A stretch of DNA of 13,115 nucleotides, taken from positions 1-13,115 of the forward strand of contig JBHHUM010000059.1 of NCBI GenBank assembly GCA_046861645.1, written 5' to 3'. Below, piece by piece: positions 1 through 7,742 of this stretch. This DNA comes from Fidelibacterota bacterium (GTDB lineage: Bacteria; Fidelibacterota; Marinisomatia; Marinisomatales; UBA2128). The translations under genes were made by a program, and so were the position numbers. Position 1 is the first letter of the stretch, and the number at the start of each line of letters is the position of its first letter. Under the pieces are notes generated by a model. It was not told where the DNA came from, ran no database searches, and was given only the letters and a program-made list of their open reading frames with translations.

Positions 1-59
1 CCTTCCGCAGGATGCCCGCCTGACAGATCAGGGGCAGGCTGTGCATGATCCCGGAACGG

Positions 60-149
60 GTCATTGACGTCGGTGTTTACTTCCACCGAACACCCCGCCA
101 GCCCCGACCACCGGGAGGCGGGCAGGCGACCCTTGCAGGGATCAGTGAC
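60..149. other. Putative structured non-coding element (closing stem plus three hairpins), identity unknown
   Basis: Closing stem GTCATTGA (60-67)/TCAGTGAC (142-149) with one G-U pair. It encloses hairpins TCGGTG/CACCGA (70-89), CCCGCC..CCCG/CGGG..GGCGGG (94-122) and CCCT/AGGG (130-140). No credible ORF covers it. Confidence 0.35.
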
Positions 150-213
150 GGTTAATAAGGCAAGATTCTATAACCTGTCCCCGACCTGCGGTACGGAGCC
201 ATGCCTACATTTC

Positions 214-289
214 ATTACCTGTCTACTCCACCAGCTGGCGGATACGACAGACAGGTGGTATACAGCAGTCACAAACAAGTCCACCTGTC
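214..289. repeat. Nested palindromic (REP-like) sequence
   Basis: ACCTGTCT (217-224)/AGACAGGT (249-256) encloses the near-perfect palindrome TCCACCAGCTGGCGGA (227-242). GACAGGTGG (250-258) is also perfectly complementary to CCACCTGTC (281-289). Confidence 0.5.
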
Positions 290-306
290 GGGTTCATGGG
301 CTCAGC

Positions 307-337
307 AACCTTCGAGGTTTTCCGAACCTCGAAGGTT
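307..337. repeat. Perfect 13-bp inverted repeat, REP-like hairpin
   Basis: AACCTTCGAGGTT-ttccg-AACCTCGAAGGTT; each arm is itself an imperfect palindrome. Intergenic. Confidence 0.7.
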
Positions 338-417
338 CTTTCAACCACAGTGAGAGTTGATTCTTACGGTGGACATTCAATCCTACCTGTTTAAGTTCCA
401 TTAGCAGGTAGACAGCT

Positions 418-669
418 TTGAGAGGATCTAAAAAGGAGCGCATCAAAAGAGAGAACCTCAAAATGAGGAAGCTCCGCAGGATTGTCGATTTGACGAGCGC
501 AATACTATATCAGCAGCCGCTTGATTTAGAGTCAGCGCACGACCTTGTAGAAGCAGCCAGGAAATCTGTGTTGCAGCTGTTCCCCGATTCCGAAGAACAA
601 TTCGATCTTATCTACCGGACAAGGTTTTACCGCATCCTCCGGGAGAGAAGTATTTTGTCCGAGAACTAA
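418..669 (+). CDS. Small hypothetical protein (helical, basic N-terminus)
   Basis: 83-aa ORF with protein-like amphipathic sequence (RKLRRIVDLT...LFPDSEEQFDLIYRTRFYRIL), co-directional with the downstream ferredoxin. Start is TTG 418 or ATG 463. Confidence 0.75.
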   Translation: MRGSKKERIKRENLKMRKLRRIVDLTSAILYQQPLDLESAHDLVEAARKSVLQLFPDSEEQFDLIYRTRFYRILRERSILSEN

Positions 670-743
670 CTGTTCAACCGGCAACTTTCCCTTGAATCTC
701 GCTGAGCCGACAGCTAATTTTGCCGACCAGGAACAAGACAACC

Positions 744-1082
744 ATGACAGTTAAATCAGTAAAGCCATATCAACACTACAAAGGGGTTCCGGAACTGGCA
801 GAGAACCCTGGCCGGAAGAAAAAACGACCGAAACTCATGGCAGTAGTTGATGAGGACAACTGTACCGGTTGTCAAGTGTGTGTCCCATTCTGCCCGGTGG
901 ACTGTATAGAGACCGTTCCCGCTGAAAAATATGGGATCCCCATCCCCCCGGTGCAAGTGCGGTGGAACGAATGCATCGGTTGCCAAATCTGCGCCCGGGT
1001 CTGCGATAAGCTTACCTGGGACGCCATCCGTATACTGCCCACTCAAGAATTCGAAGAACTTTACGACATCACCATTTCTTGA
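744..1082 (+). CDS. 2x[4Fe-4S] dicluster ferredoxin (4Fe-4S binding protein)
   Basis: Two CxxCxxCxxxC motifs: CTGCQVCVPFCP and CIGCQICARVCD. ATG 744 preferred over TTG 720 (purine-rich AGGAACAAG upstream). Confidence 0.93.
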   Translation: MTVKSVKPYQHYKGVPELAENPGRKKKRPKLMAVVDEDNCTGCQVCVPFCPVDCIETVPAEKYGIPIPPVQVRWNECIGCQICARVCDKLTWDAIRILPTQEFEELYDITIS

Positions 1083-1202
1083 GAGGTGATCCGGCCCATG
1101 CCGGGTTTTACTCCAATCACATTGCTCCCCTAAACAGTGTTAACAGATTTTCCTTACCTTCACACGGTGGAATCTTCGTTATACAGTCAGGTTTAACGAG
1201 AC

Positions 1203-1225
1203 AGGCGGCTTTAGCCGTCTTTTTT
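1203..1225 (+). terminator. Candidate intrinsic terminator
   Basis: GGCGGC-ttta-GCCGTC stem followed by a T6 tract, downstream of the ferredoxin. It overlaps the end of repeat copy A. A weaker hairpin CCGGC-ccat-GCCGG followed by GTTTT lies at 1091-1109. Confidence 0.55.
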
Positions 1226-1275
1226 CGATTTTAGCTTGTCCATTTTGCACAGCATCCCTCGGAATGGACTCGCTA
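1218..1275 (-). repeat. 58-bp hairpin repeat, copy A (inverted relative to 11407-11464)
   Basis: Reverse complement matches 11407-11464 at 53/58 positions without gaps. Contains the stem TAGCGAGTCCATT...AATGGACAAGCTA (minus strand). Confidence 0.9.
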
Positions 1276-1422
1276 ATAATTCTTTGTTTTATCTCTTTCT
1301 ACTCCCGGGGATGGAAGGCAGGCAAAGGCTTCTTTTCAGGAAGTATAGAGCCCTTCAAATAAATACCTGCTGATATCTTTTGATAAGGCGGCAATTAAAA
1401 GACCACCTTAAATTATCGTCAT

Positions 1423-2859
1423 ATGAAGCAAGTAATTCTGGTTATAGATCAGGGCACGTCTGCTACTAAGGCATTCATTTACGATGTAGATCTGAATGTC
1501 ATCCACAGCCATAAAATCCGTCATGCCATCCACCGGCCGAAACCGGGCTGGGCAGAATCCGATCCACAGGAAATAGCGCTCACCTGTAAACGCCTGATTA
1601 ATGAACTGATGACATACTGCAGCGAGCAATCACTCCGGGCAGCGGCTATCGGGATGGCAGCCCAGCGCTCCACTTTCCTGTTCTGGAACAAAGAGACAGT
1701 CGAACCTCTGACACCTGCCATGAGCTGGCAGGATACACGAGCATCGGAAATACTGGACCGCTTCCGGAAGCACCATTCCCTTATCGAATCGAAAACAGGC
1801 ATGCCGCTTAGTTCCCATTTCGGGGGACCCAAGTTTGCCTTCAGTATTGAGCACGATTCAGAACTGAAATCGCAAGTCGAAGATGGGGCTGCATTCTTCG
1901 GACCTCTCAGCGCTTACCTTACTCACACTCTGACCGGAACGGCATGTGTAGACGAATCCATTGCCGGACGGTCACTCTTCTTCAATCTGGAGTCCAGCAG
2001 TTGGGACAGCGAACTGCTGGATATCTTTGGAATTAGCAAAAACACCCTTCCGCCGTTAGCACCAACTTGCAGCAGTTTTGGTGATGTACGCCATTGCGGC
2101 CTCCCCTTGCTGTGCGTCCTGGGAGATCAGCAAGCATCACTTATAGGACATGGTCACCAGAAAAGCGGGGATGTAGCCATGAACTTCGGGACCTCGGGAT
2201 CGGTTCAGGTGAATTCTAATTCAGACCTCGTCATAGTCCCGTCACTGCTCACCAATGTCCTCTGGTCAACAGAAACTCAGCGAAACTTTCTGCTGGAAGG
2301 AACTGTCAACAGTGTGGGCTCACTCTTTCGCTGGCTGGAGGGATACCTCGGTATTTCCCATGAGGATATGAAGTGGGACAGTCGCTGCTACAGAACCACA
2401 CCGGGCGTCCTGGTACCGGGAATGAACGGCATTGCAGCGCCATACTGGACAGGCGAATTTGAACCGTTACTGACCGGTCTGGATAATGCAAATCCTGATG
2501 AAATCGTCCGTGCTGGGATGGAGTCCATCGGTTTCCTCGTAAATGATATCTGTGAAATTATACAGGCGGAAGGAGATATTAACTTCCGCCACATTACCAT
2601 ATCCGGCGGCTCAGGACGACCTCCTCTGGTTCAGTTCATAGCAGACCTCCTGCAGCATCCAATACACACTTCAGCCAATAGGGATATGACGGCCCTGGGC
2701 GTGGCGCGTTTGGTGGCAGAGCAGGTGTGGCCGGAACAAGTTGGAAAAAGAATTATCACTGTCGAGGAGAAATACTATCCTCAAATGTCTACATCAGAGC
2801 AGGAAGAGAAGATCAATGCCTGGCATGATGCACTTCAACAGTGCCAAATCATCAGATAG
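1423..2859 (+). CDS. FGGY-family carbohydrate kinase, glycerol-kinase-like
   Basis: 478 aa with FGGY motifs IDQGTSATK, PKPGWAESDP, AQRST, SWQDTR, LGDQQA, NFGTSG, LEG, GIAAPYW and ISGG. Several GlpK motifs are diverged, so the substrate is not certain. Confidence 0.92.
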   Translation: MKQVILVIDQGTSATKAFIYDVDLNVIHSHKIRHAIHRPKPGWAESDPQEIALTCKRLINELMTYCSEQSLRAAAIGMAAQRSTFLFWNKETVEPLTPAMSWQDTRASEILDRFRKHHSLIESKTGMPLSSHFGGPKFAFSIEHDSELKSQVEDGAAFFGPLSAYLTHTLTGTACVDESIAGRSLFFNLESSSWDSELLDIFGISKNTLPPLAPTCSSFGDVRHCGLPLLCVLGDQQASLIGHGHQKSGDVAMNFGTSGSVQVNSNSDLVIVPSLLTNVLWSTETQRNFLLEGTVNSVGSLFRWLEGYLGISHEDMKWDSRCYRTTPGVLVPGMNGIAAPYWTGEFEPLLTGLDNANPDEIVRAGMESIGFLVNDICEIIQAEGDINFRHITISGGSGRPPLVQFIADLLQHPIHTSANRDMTALGVARLVAEQVWPEQVGKRIITVEEKYYPQMSTSEQEEKINAWHDALQQCQIIR

Positions 2860-2889
2860 AAGGATGTGTGAAGCTACTAACCTAGATAA

Positions 2890-3576
2890 TTCGCCAGCCC
2901 GACTTCATCATTCCCGCCACAAAAAAGTCGGACAGGCTGGCTCCCGGAGGACAGGAAGGCTATTAATAATATGCTTGGCGACAGTGCTTTATACTGGGAA
3001 ATTGCTCAGCCCATCATTCATACGACAAATGATTTCGATACGAAACTGCTAATGTCAGCCGGCGATCAGGATGACCTTGGTTATCAGCAGGATTTTGCAT
3101 TCAACGATTCCTTAAATGCCCATAACCACTGTTCCAGAGTAAAACTGTTTAGCGGGGAAGATCACAATTTCTTATTAGAGAATCTTGTACCTTCAGATAT
3201 CGTTTTTTAAAAAATGCTCACTTTTTTAGATTCGGTCTGGCAAGGCACATTATGTCCTACGACGGGAATAAACTTAAATGATAATGGTTTAGTAAATGAT
3301 TTCATTCTTGTTTAAAACTATCCCAACCCGTTCCATCCGCGAACCGTGATTCAGTATCAACTTGCAAATAACAGTATTTTGAGGTTGAGCATTTACAATC
3401 TTCTGGGGCAGGAAGTTCGGACTTTGGTGACTGAAAATCAAGCCTCAGGAAGCTATTTAATCGTTTGGGACGGTAAGAACGACGGTGGTGAATCCGTTAC
3501 CAGTGGCATATATCTCTTCACGCTGAAAACCGGTGAATCTTTTACTGAAACTGAAAATATGGTATTATTGAGATAA
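2890..3576 (+). pseudogene. 5'-truncated alpha/beta-hydrolase (esterase/S9-like) with FlgD-Ig/T9SS-type C-terminal domain, two in-frame stops
   Basis: ORFs 2971-3210 and 3346-3576 share one frame, open from 2890 and broken only by TAA at 3208-3210 and 3313-3315. Read-through gives ...AQPIIH...LLMSAGDQDD...LFSGEDHNF (Asp/His region of a hydrolase triad)...FILV*NYPNPFHP...WDGKND...MVLLR. No signal peptide or nucleophile elbow remains. Confidence 0.85.
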
Positions 3577-3750
3577 ACTGGGAAAATGGAATAAACCGGA
3601 GGTGGTAATTACAGTGGCAGGACCTTTATTGCATTCAGTGCGTCGAACATTTTCGAGGCTTTATCGGGGCGCCTGCCATAATTTTGTTTCACCGCCCACC
3701 ATGTAATGTTTGTCTTATCGCTAACACGCAGACCTAACACCGAAAAGGAC

Positions 3751-3757
3751 TAAGGAG
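3751..3757 (+). promoter_or_regulatory. Shine-Dalgarno site for the 3762 gene
   Basis: TAAGGAG ending 4 nt before ATG 3762. Confidence 0.7.
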
Positions 3758-3761
3758 AGTT

Positions 3762-6275
3762 ATGAATAAAAATCATTTATTCTTCTGGCTATTATTAACA
3801 TTAGTTTTTCATGGAATAGTTAGTGCGCAGCGACAATGGGAGCCAGCGGGATACGGAGCCAGCGGTAATTTTACTGGTGTCTATTTTGACCCCACACAAG
3901 CCGGTGTCGTGTATATTACCAGTGACGTAACAGGCGTATTCCGCAGTACGGACTATGGAGAGACATGGGAAGTTCGCTGTAGTGGATTGGGTAACTATCA
4001 AGTAGCTTCATTCGCTATTGATCCTTTTGATTCCAATACATTATATGCAGGCGTTGGCACATATTCCGGTCTTAGTGATAGAAATGGTATTTATGTGAGC
4101 CACGATGCTGGACACACATGGCAACAACTTGCCAGCACGGTTGCGGATACTATTATTTTTAAGCAAAACAGAACTGTCCAATCTATTGCACCTGACCCGT
4201 ACAGACCAGGCGTTATAATCAGCGGCAGTTGGTTTAAAGGTATCTGGCGGTCAACGGATAGTGGAAATAGTTGGACACAGGTGTTCGTTGCCCCGGTCGT
4301 ACCGCCAATACAGGCTGAATACATACAAACTAATTCTGATGATGTCAGCCCTTTCCGAGCGCCTGTTACAGTAATTCTTTTTCACCCAACGGATTCTAAT
4401 GTGGCGTATGCCGGATTAGACGGTTATGGCATACTGAAAAGTTTAGATGCGGGGATCACCTGGAATACCATCAATACCGGGCTGCCCGATACGGTCTGGG
4501 TTAAACACCTTTCGATCAGCAGTGACGGTAATGTGCTCCATGCCGCTTTGGCTGAAAATGGCGTTTATAAAAGTATAGATGGAGGTAATACCTGGCAACA
4601 TATTACCAGTACTTTACCTACTTCAACCCACGATTGGATCAGTGCGGTGGCTGCCCACCCGACTAATACGGATACTGTATTTTTCACACTGGCGTCACCT
4701 GATAGCCCAGTCATCTGGAAAACTGTTGACGGGGGAAATAATTGGTCTTTCGGTAGTGTAATTAATGACACTGTCAATTGTCCAACTGAGACCTGGCATA
4801 CTAAAATATTTCCTTTTGGCGCTCATTATGCATGGCATATTGCCATGGATCCGTTTGATTCAGATCGCTTGTTCTTCGTTGACCTCTGGAGTGTTTTTCG
4901 CAGTACTGATGGCGGTATGACTTGGCAGGAAAAAGTGAAAGGGGCACAAAATACAGGTGTTGATAAGATTTTTACGGATACCAATCATCCCGATGGTGAT
5001 CCCGACACGCTTTGGGCAACGCACATGGATGCAGGGCTTTTACGATCCTTTGATAAAGGCAATACCTGGGAAGCAATTTTACCTTCTTCTGCGAATACGT
5101 TATCAGAACTTGACTCATTGGCAGGGCACTATTGGGATTTTGCCATTGGAATTGATCAGGGAGTGAAATATCATTATGCAGGCGCTACGCCCTGGAACGA
5201 AAGTAAAAGCAGGATATTCCGAAGTACCAACGGCATTAATTGGGAAACCGTTTTTGCCGTGCCAAGAGATACTGATTTGGCACTACCTATTCAAAGAAAA
5301 TCACCCAGGGCAATTGCCGTTGACCCTTCACAACCATCTACTGTTTATGCGGCTTTTGACAGTGATAGCATTTATAAATCGACAAGCAATGGAAATAATG
5401 GCAGTTGGACGGCAACTACAAGTCAACCCGGGAACATTTATAGCAGATATTACTGCAGTATGGCAGTGAACGACTACGGATGGGTATTTGTATCCAGTGA
5501 ATATGGAGGTATATGGCGTTCAAAAGATGGGGGTGATTCATGGCAAACACTCATTACTCAACAGGACGATTCTCTTAGTTACCAGGTACTCGTTGCAAAC
5601 GGTAAGCTTTATGCAACGGGCTATGACAAATTTGGAAATCCCAGCCAGCATTACAGCACTGATTGGGGTGATACCTGGCAGGAGTTTAATAACTTGTATC
5701 CTTCCAACAGTGTCGAGCACGCAGGAAGAGCTGTGGCTGTGGACCCTGCTGATTCCAATCACATTGTTTATGCTTTATTTGACAGGGCATATGATGGAGC
5801 CAATCGTTTGGGAATATATGAAAGTTTTGACAATGGAAGTACTTGGGATTATATGAATGATGGTTTGAAAAATCTGAATATCACGTCCATTACTTTTGGC
5901 AAAGACGGTACGCTTTATGCCGGGACCAATGGCAATGGAATCTGGTCCGTGAATCCTACCCTCTCGGCAGACGAGGAGACCGCATTTGTACCGTTGGGCT
6001 GGCGTCTGCAGCAGAACTATCCGAATCCGTTCAATCCGGAAACCACTATCCGCTACCAGCTTCCGGAAGCCGACCGGGTGACGCTTCGGATTTACAATCT
6101 CTTGGGCGAGGAAGTTCGTGCGCTGGTAAATGAAAAGCAGATAGCCGGGAATTACCTCGTAAGTTGGGACGGTAGTAACGACGCTGGGATGCTGGTGTCA
6201 AGCGGCGTTTATTTTTACAAACTGAAAGTCGGAAAATCGTTTGTCGCAACTCGTAAAATGGTCTTGCTGAGATAA
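3762..6275 (+). CDS. Secreted BNR/Asp-box beta-propeller protein, GH74-like glycoside hydrolase, with FlgD-Ig/T9SS-type C-terminal domain
   Basis: Signal peptide ending VSA|Q. About 13 Asp-box motifs (e.g. RSTDYGETW, VSHDAGHTW, KSIDGGNTW, ESFDNGSTW). GH74-like N-terminus WEPAGYGASG...YITSDVTGVFRS. C-terminal QNYPNPFNP...WDG...RKMVLLR. Confidence 0.88.
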   Translation: MNKNHLFFWLLLTLVFHGIVSAQRQWEPAGYGASGNFTGVYFDPTQAGVVYITSDVTGVFRSTDYGETWEVRCSGLGNYQVASFAIDPFDSNTLYAGVGTYSGLSDRNGIYVSHDAGHTWQQLASTVADTIIFKQNRTVQSIAPDPYRPGVIISGSWFKGIWRSTDSGNSWTQVFVAPVVPPIQAEYIQTNSDDVSPFRAPVTVILFHPTDSNVAYAGLDGYGILKSLDAGITWNTINTGLPDTVWVKHLSISSDGNVLHAALAENGVYKSIDGGNTWQHITSTLPTSTHDWISAVAAHPTNTDTVFFTLASPDSPVIWKTVDGGNNWSFGSVINDTVNCPTETWHTKIFPFGAHYAWHIAMDPFDSDRLFFVDLWSVFRSTDGGMTWQEKVKGAQNTGVDKIFTDTNHPDGDPDTLWATHMDAGLLRSFDKGNTWEAILPSSANTLSELDSLAGHYWDFAIGIDQGVKYHYAGATPWNESKSRIFRSTNGINWETVFAVPRDTDLALPIQRKSPRAIAVDPSQPSTVYAAFDSDSIYKSTSNGNNGSWTATTSQPGNIYSRYYCSMAVNDYGWVFVSSEYGGIWRSKDGGDSWQTLITQQDDSLSYQVLVANGKLYATGYDKFGNPSQHYSTDWGDTWQEFNNLYPSNSVEHAGRAVAVDPADSNHIVYALFDRAYDGANRLGIYESFDNGSTWDYMNDGLKNLNITSITFGKDGTLYAGTNGNGIWSVNPTLSADEETAFVPLGWRLQQNYPNPFNPETTIRYQLPEADRVTLRIYNLLGEEVRALVNEKQIAGNYLVSWDGSNDAGMLVSSGVYFYKLKVGKSFVATRKMVLLR

Positions 6276-6289
6276 ATGGAGAGAATAGG

Positions 6290-7724
6290 ATGAACTGGAG
6301 ATTTATATTCATCGCAGCATACCTCATCTGCATTTGTATGAATGTTGAAGCACAAACATTCATCGAATACGCCGATAATCCTGTTATCGATACTCTCAGC
6401 ACAACAGATCAGAGCGAGTTTTGGACCCGGTGGAAATCCGACCCCTGTGTCATCCATTGGAGTGCAGACAGCTTAAGTATGTATTACGGTACGAATAATT
6501 ACGGAGTATCCACCCAAATCGGAACCGCTGTTTCGGCCGATGGCAACAACTGGGTTGAAAAGAGACGCTCCAGTACTTCCTCTTGGGAGTCCGGGAAGCT
6601 GGGATGACACCGAAGTGGAAACGCCTTATGTTATTTTTATCCCTACCAATCCCGATTCCATGAAATATATGATGTGGTATTCGGGTGCAACCCCTGACAG
6701 CAGCTTATTCGACACCGTTTGTCTCGGCTTTCCTTTAGACCAGATTGACCTGGCGTATTCTGATGACGGACTGAGCTGGACCAAATACAACAACCCGGCA
6801 AACGATTCTCTGCCCCTCTTTGCGGAAAGCGACCCGGTACTAACTATCTCCTCATGGACAGATTGCACACCGGATGTGGTGAATGAGAAAGCCTTTGCGG
6901 TGGCGGAGCCCTGTGTGCTGTACAAAAGCGGTACATACAAAATGTACCATATCGGTTTAGGCTGTTCTACCCCATTCTGTTTGCCGCAAGAAGATTTGAG
7001 GTACAGGGTACTGTATGCTGAATCGGCTGATGGCATTAACTGGGGACCGTTCCAAGTCATTGTGGATATTGGGGATTCAGACGCCTTTGATAGCAGGGTT
7101 GTTTATAGTCCGGACGTAACAAAACTAGACAATGAATACTGGATGTTTTATGCCGGAGGAGCTGATACAACTCTTGATGTCTGGAATTGTGATATGGGGT
7201 TGGCCATCCCTCAAGATGGCATTAATTTCACCAAAAGCGCCAATAATCCTTTAATCCAAAGAGTCGCCGCCAGTTGGACGGATTATGGCATGAATGCAGC
7301 TTCCTCTATTATATTTCACGACACATTCAGGGTTTATTACAGCGGTTTGACTTTTACGCCATCTATCATGCCCACAATTGGCTATTCTTATCTGGATTCA
7401 ACCTTAATCATGACGGTGAAAGATGCCGGCGGGAGCGGAATCCCATCTACTTTTGAACTTTCACAGAACTATCCGAATCCATTCAATTCTGTCACAACCA
7501 TTACATACAGACTGTCGACTGACGGCCGGATTAGATTGACTATTAAAAATCTGTTGGGAGAGAATGTGCAGACATTAGTGAATGAGTACGAATCAGCAGG
7601 AAGTTATTTTGTGGCTTGGGATGGAAAAGATAGGTTGGGAAAAGATGTAACAAGTGGAATATATTTTTCTCAACTCAAAGTTGATAATCTAATGATGACT
7701 AAAAAACTAATATTGATCAGATAA
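6290..7724 (+). pseudogene. Frameshifted secreted five-bladed beta-propeller glycoside-hydrolase-like protein (GH32/43/117/130-type fold) with C-terminal sorting domain
   Basis: ORF 6290-6607 gives a signal peptide (VEA|Q) and blade 1 (YADNPV...SDPCVI...MYYG...SADGNNW). The repeat pattern continues in the +1 frame from ~6561 (RDAPVLPLGSPGSWDDTEVETP...) to QNYPNPF...KKLILIR. The shift lies in GAAAAGAGAC (6557-6566). May be a sequencing error. Confidence 0.85.
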
Positions 7725-7742
7725 ATCAGACAGAGCAACAGT

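Noticed and set aside
1..150. 6S or SRP RNA identity for the structured element
   Set aside because: Only partial end-pairing, and the SRP core (TCAGGTCCGGAAGGAAGCAGC-like) is not matched. The element may be cut by the window edge, so no named call is supportable.
64..360. 98-aa ORF
   Set aside because: TTG start without an RBS, runs through palindromic elements, no recognisable motif.
1110..1200. Possible small RNA between two terminator-like hairpins
   Set aside because: Only short imperfect stems and no clear promoter; may be the degenerate extension of repeat copy A.
2893..2941. Imperfect hairpin GCCAGCC/GGCTGGC with CCGACTT/AAGTCGG after the kinase
   Set aside because: Large loop, no T-tract, and it lies in the open frame of the pseudogene; cannot be called a terminator or a repeat.
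3208..3315. TAA-to-Gln genetic code reassignment
   Set aside because: Several genes here (ending 669, 6275, 7724, 11390) end at TAA right after their natural C-termini, and the affected gene is also 5'-truncated.
3615..3678. Riboswitch-like leader closed by TGGCAGG/CCTGCCA upstream of the 3762 gene
   Set aside because: Only a 7-bp closing stem with weak inner stems and no known aptamer consensus.
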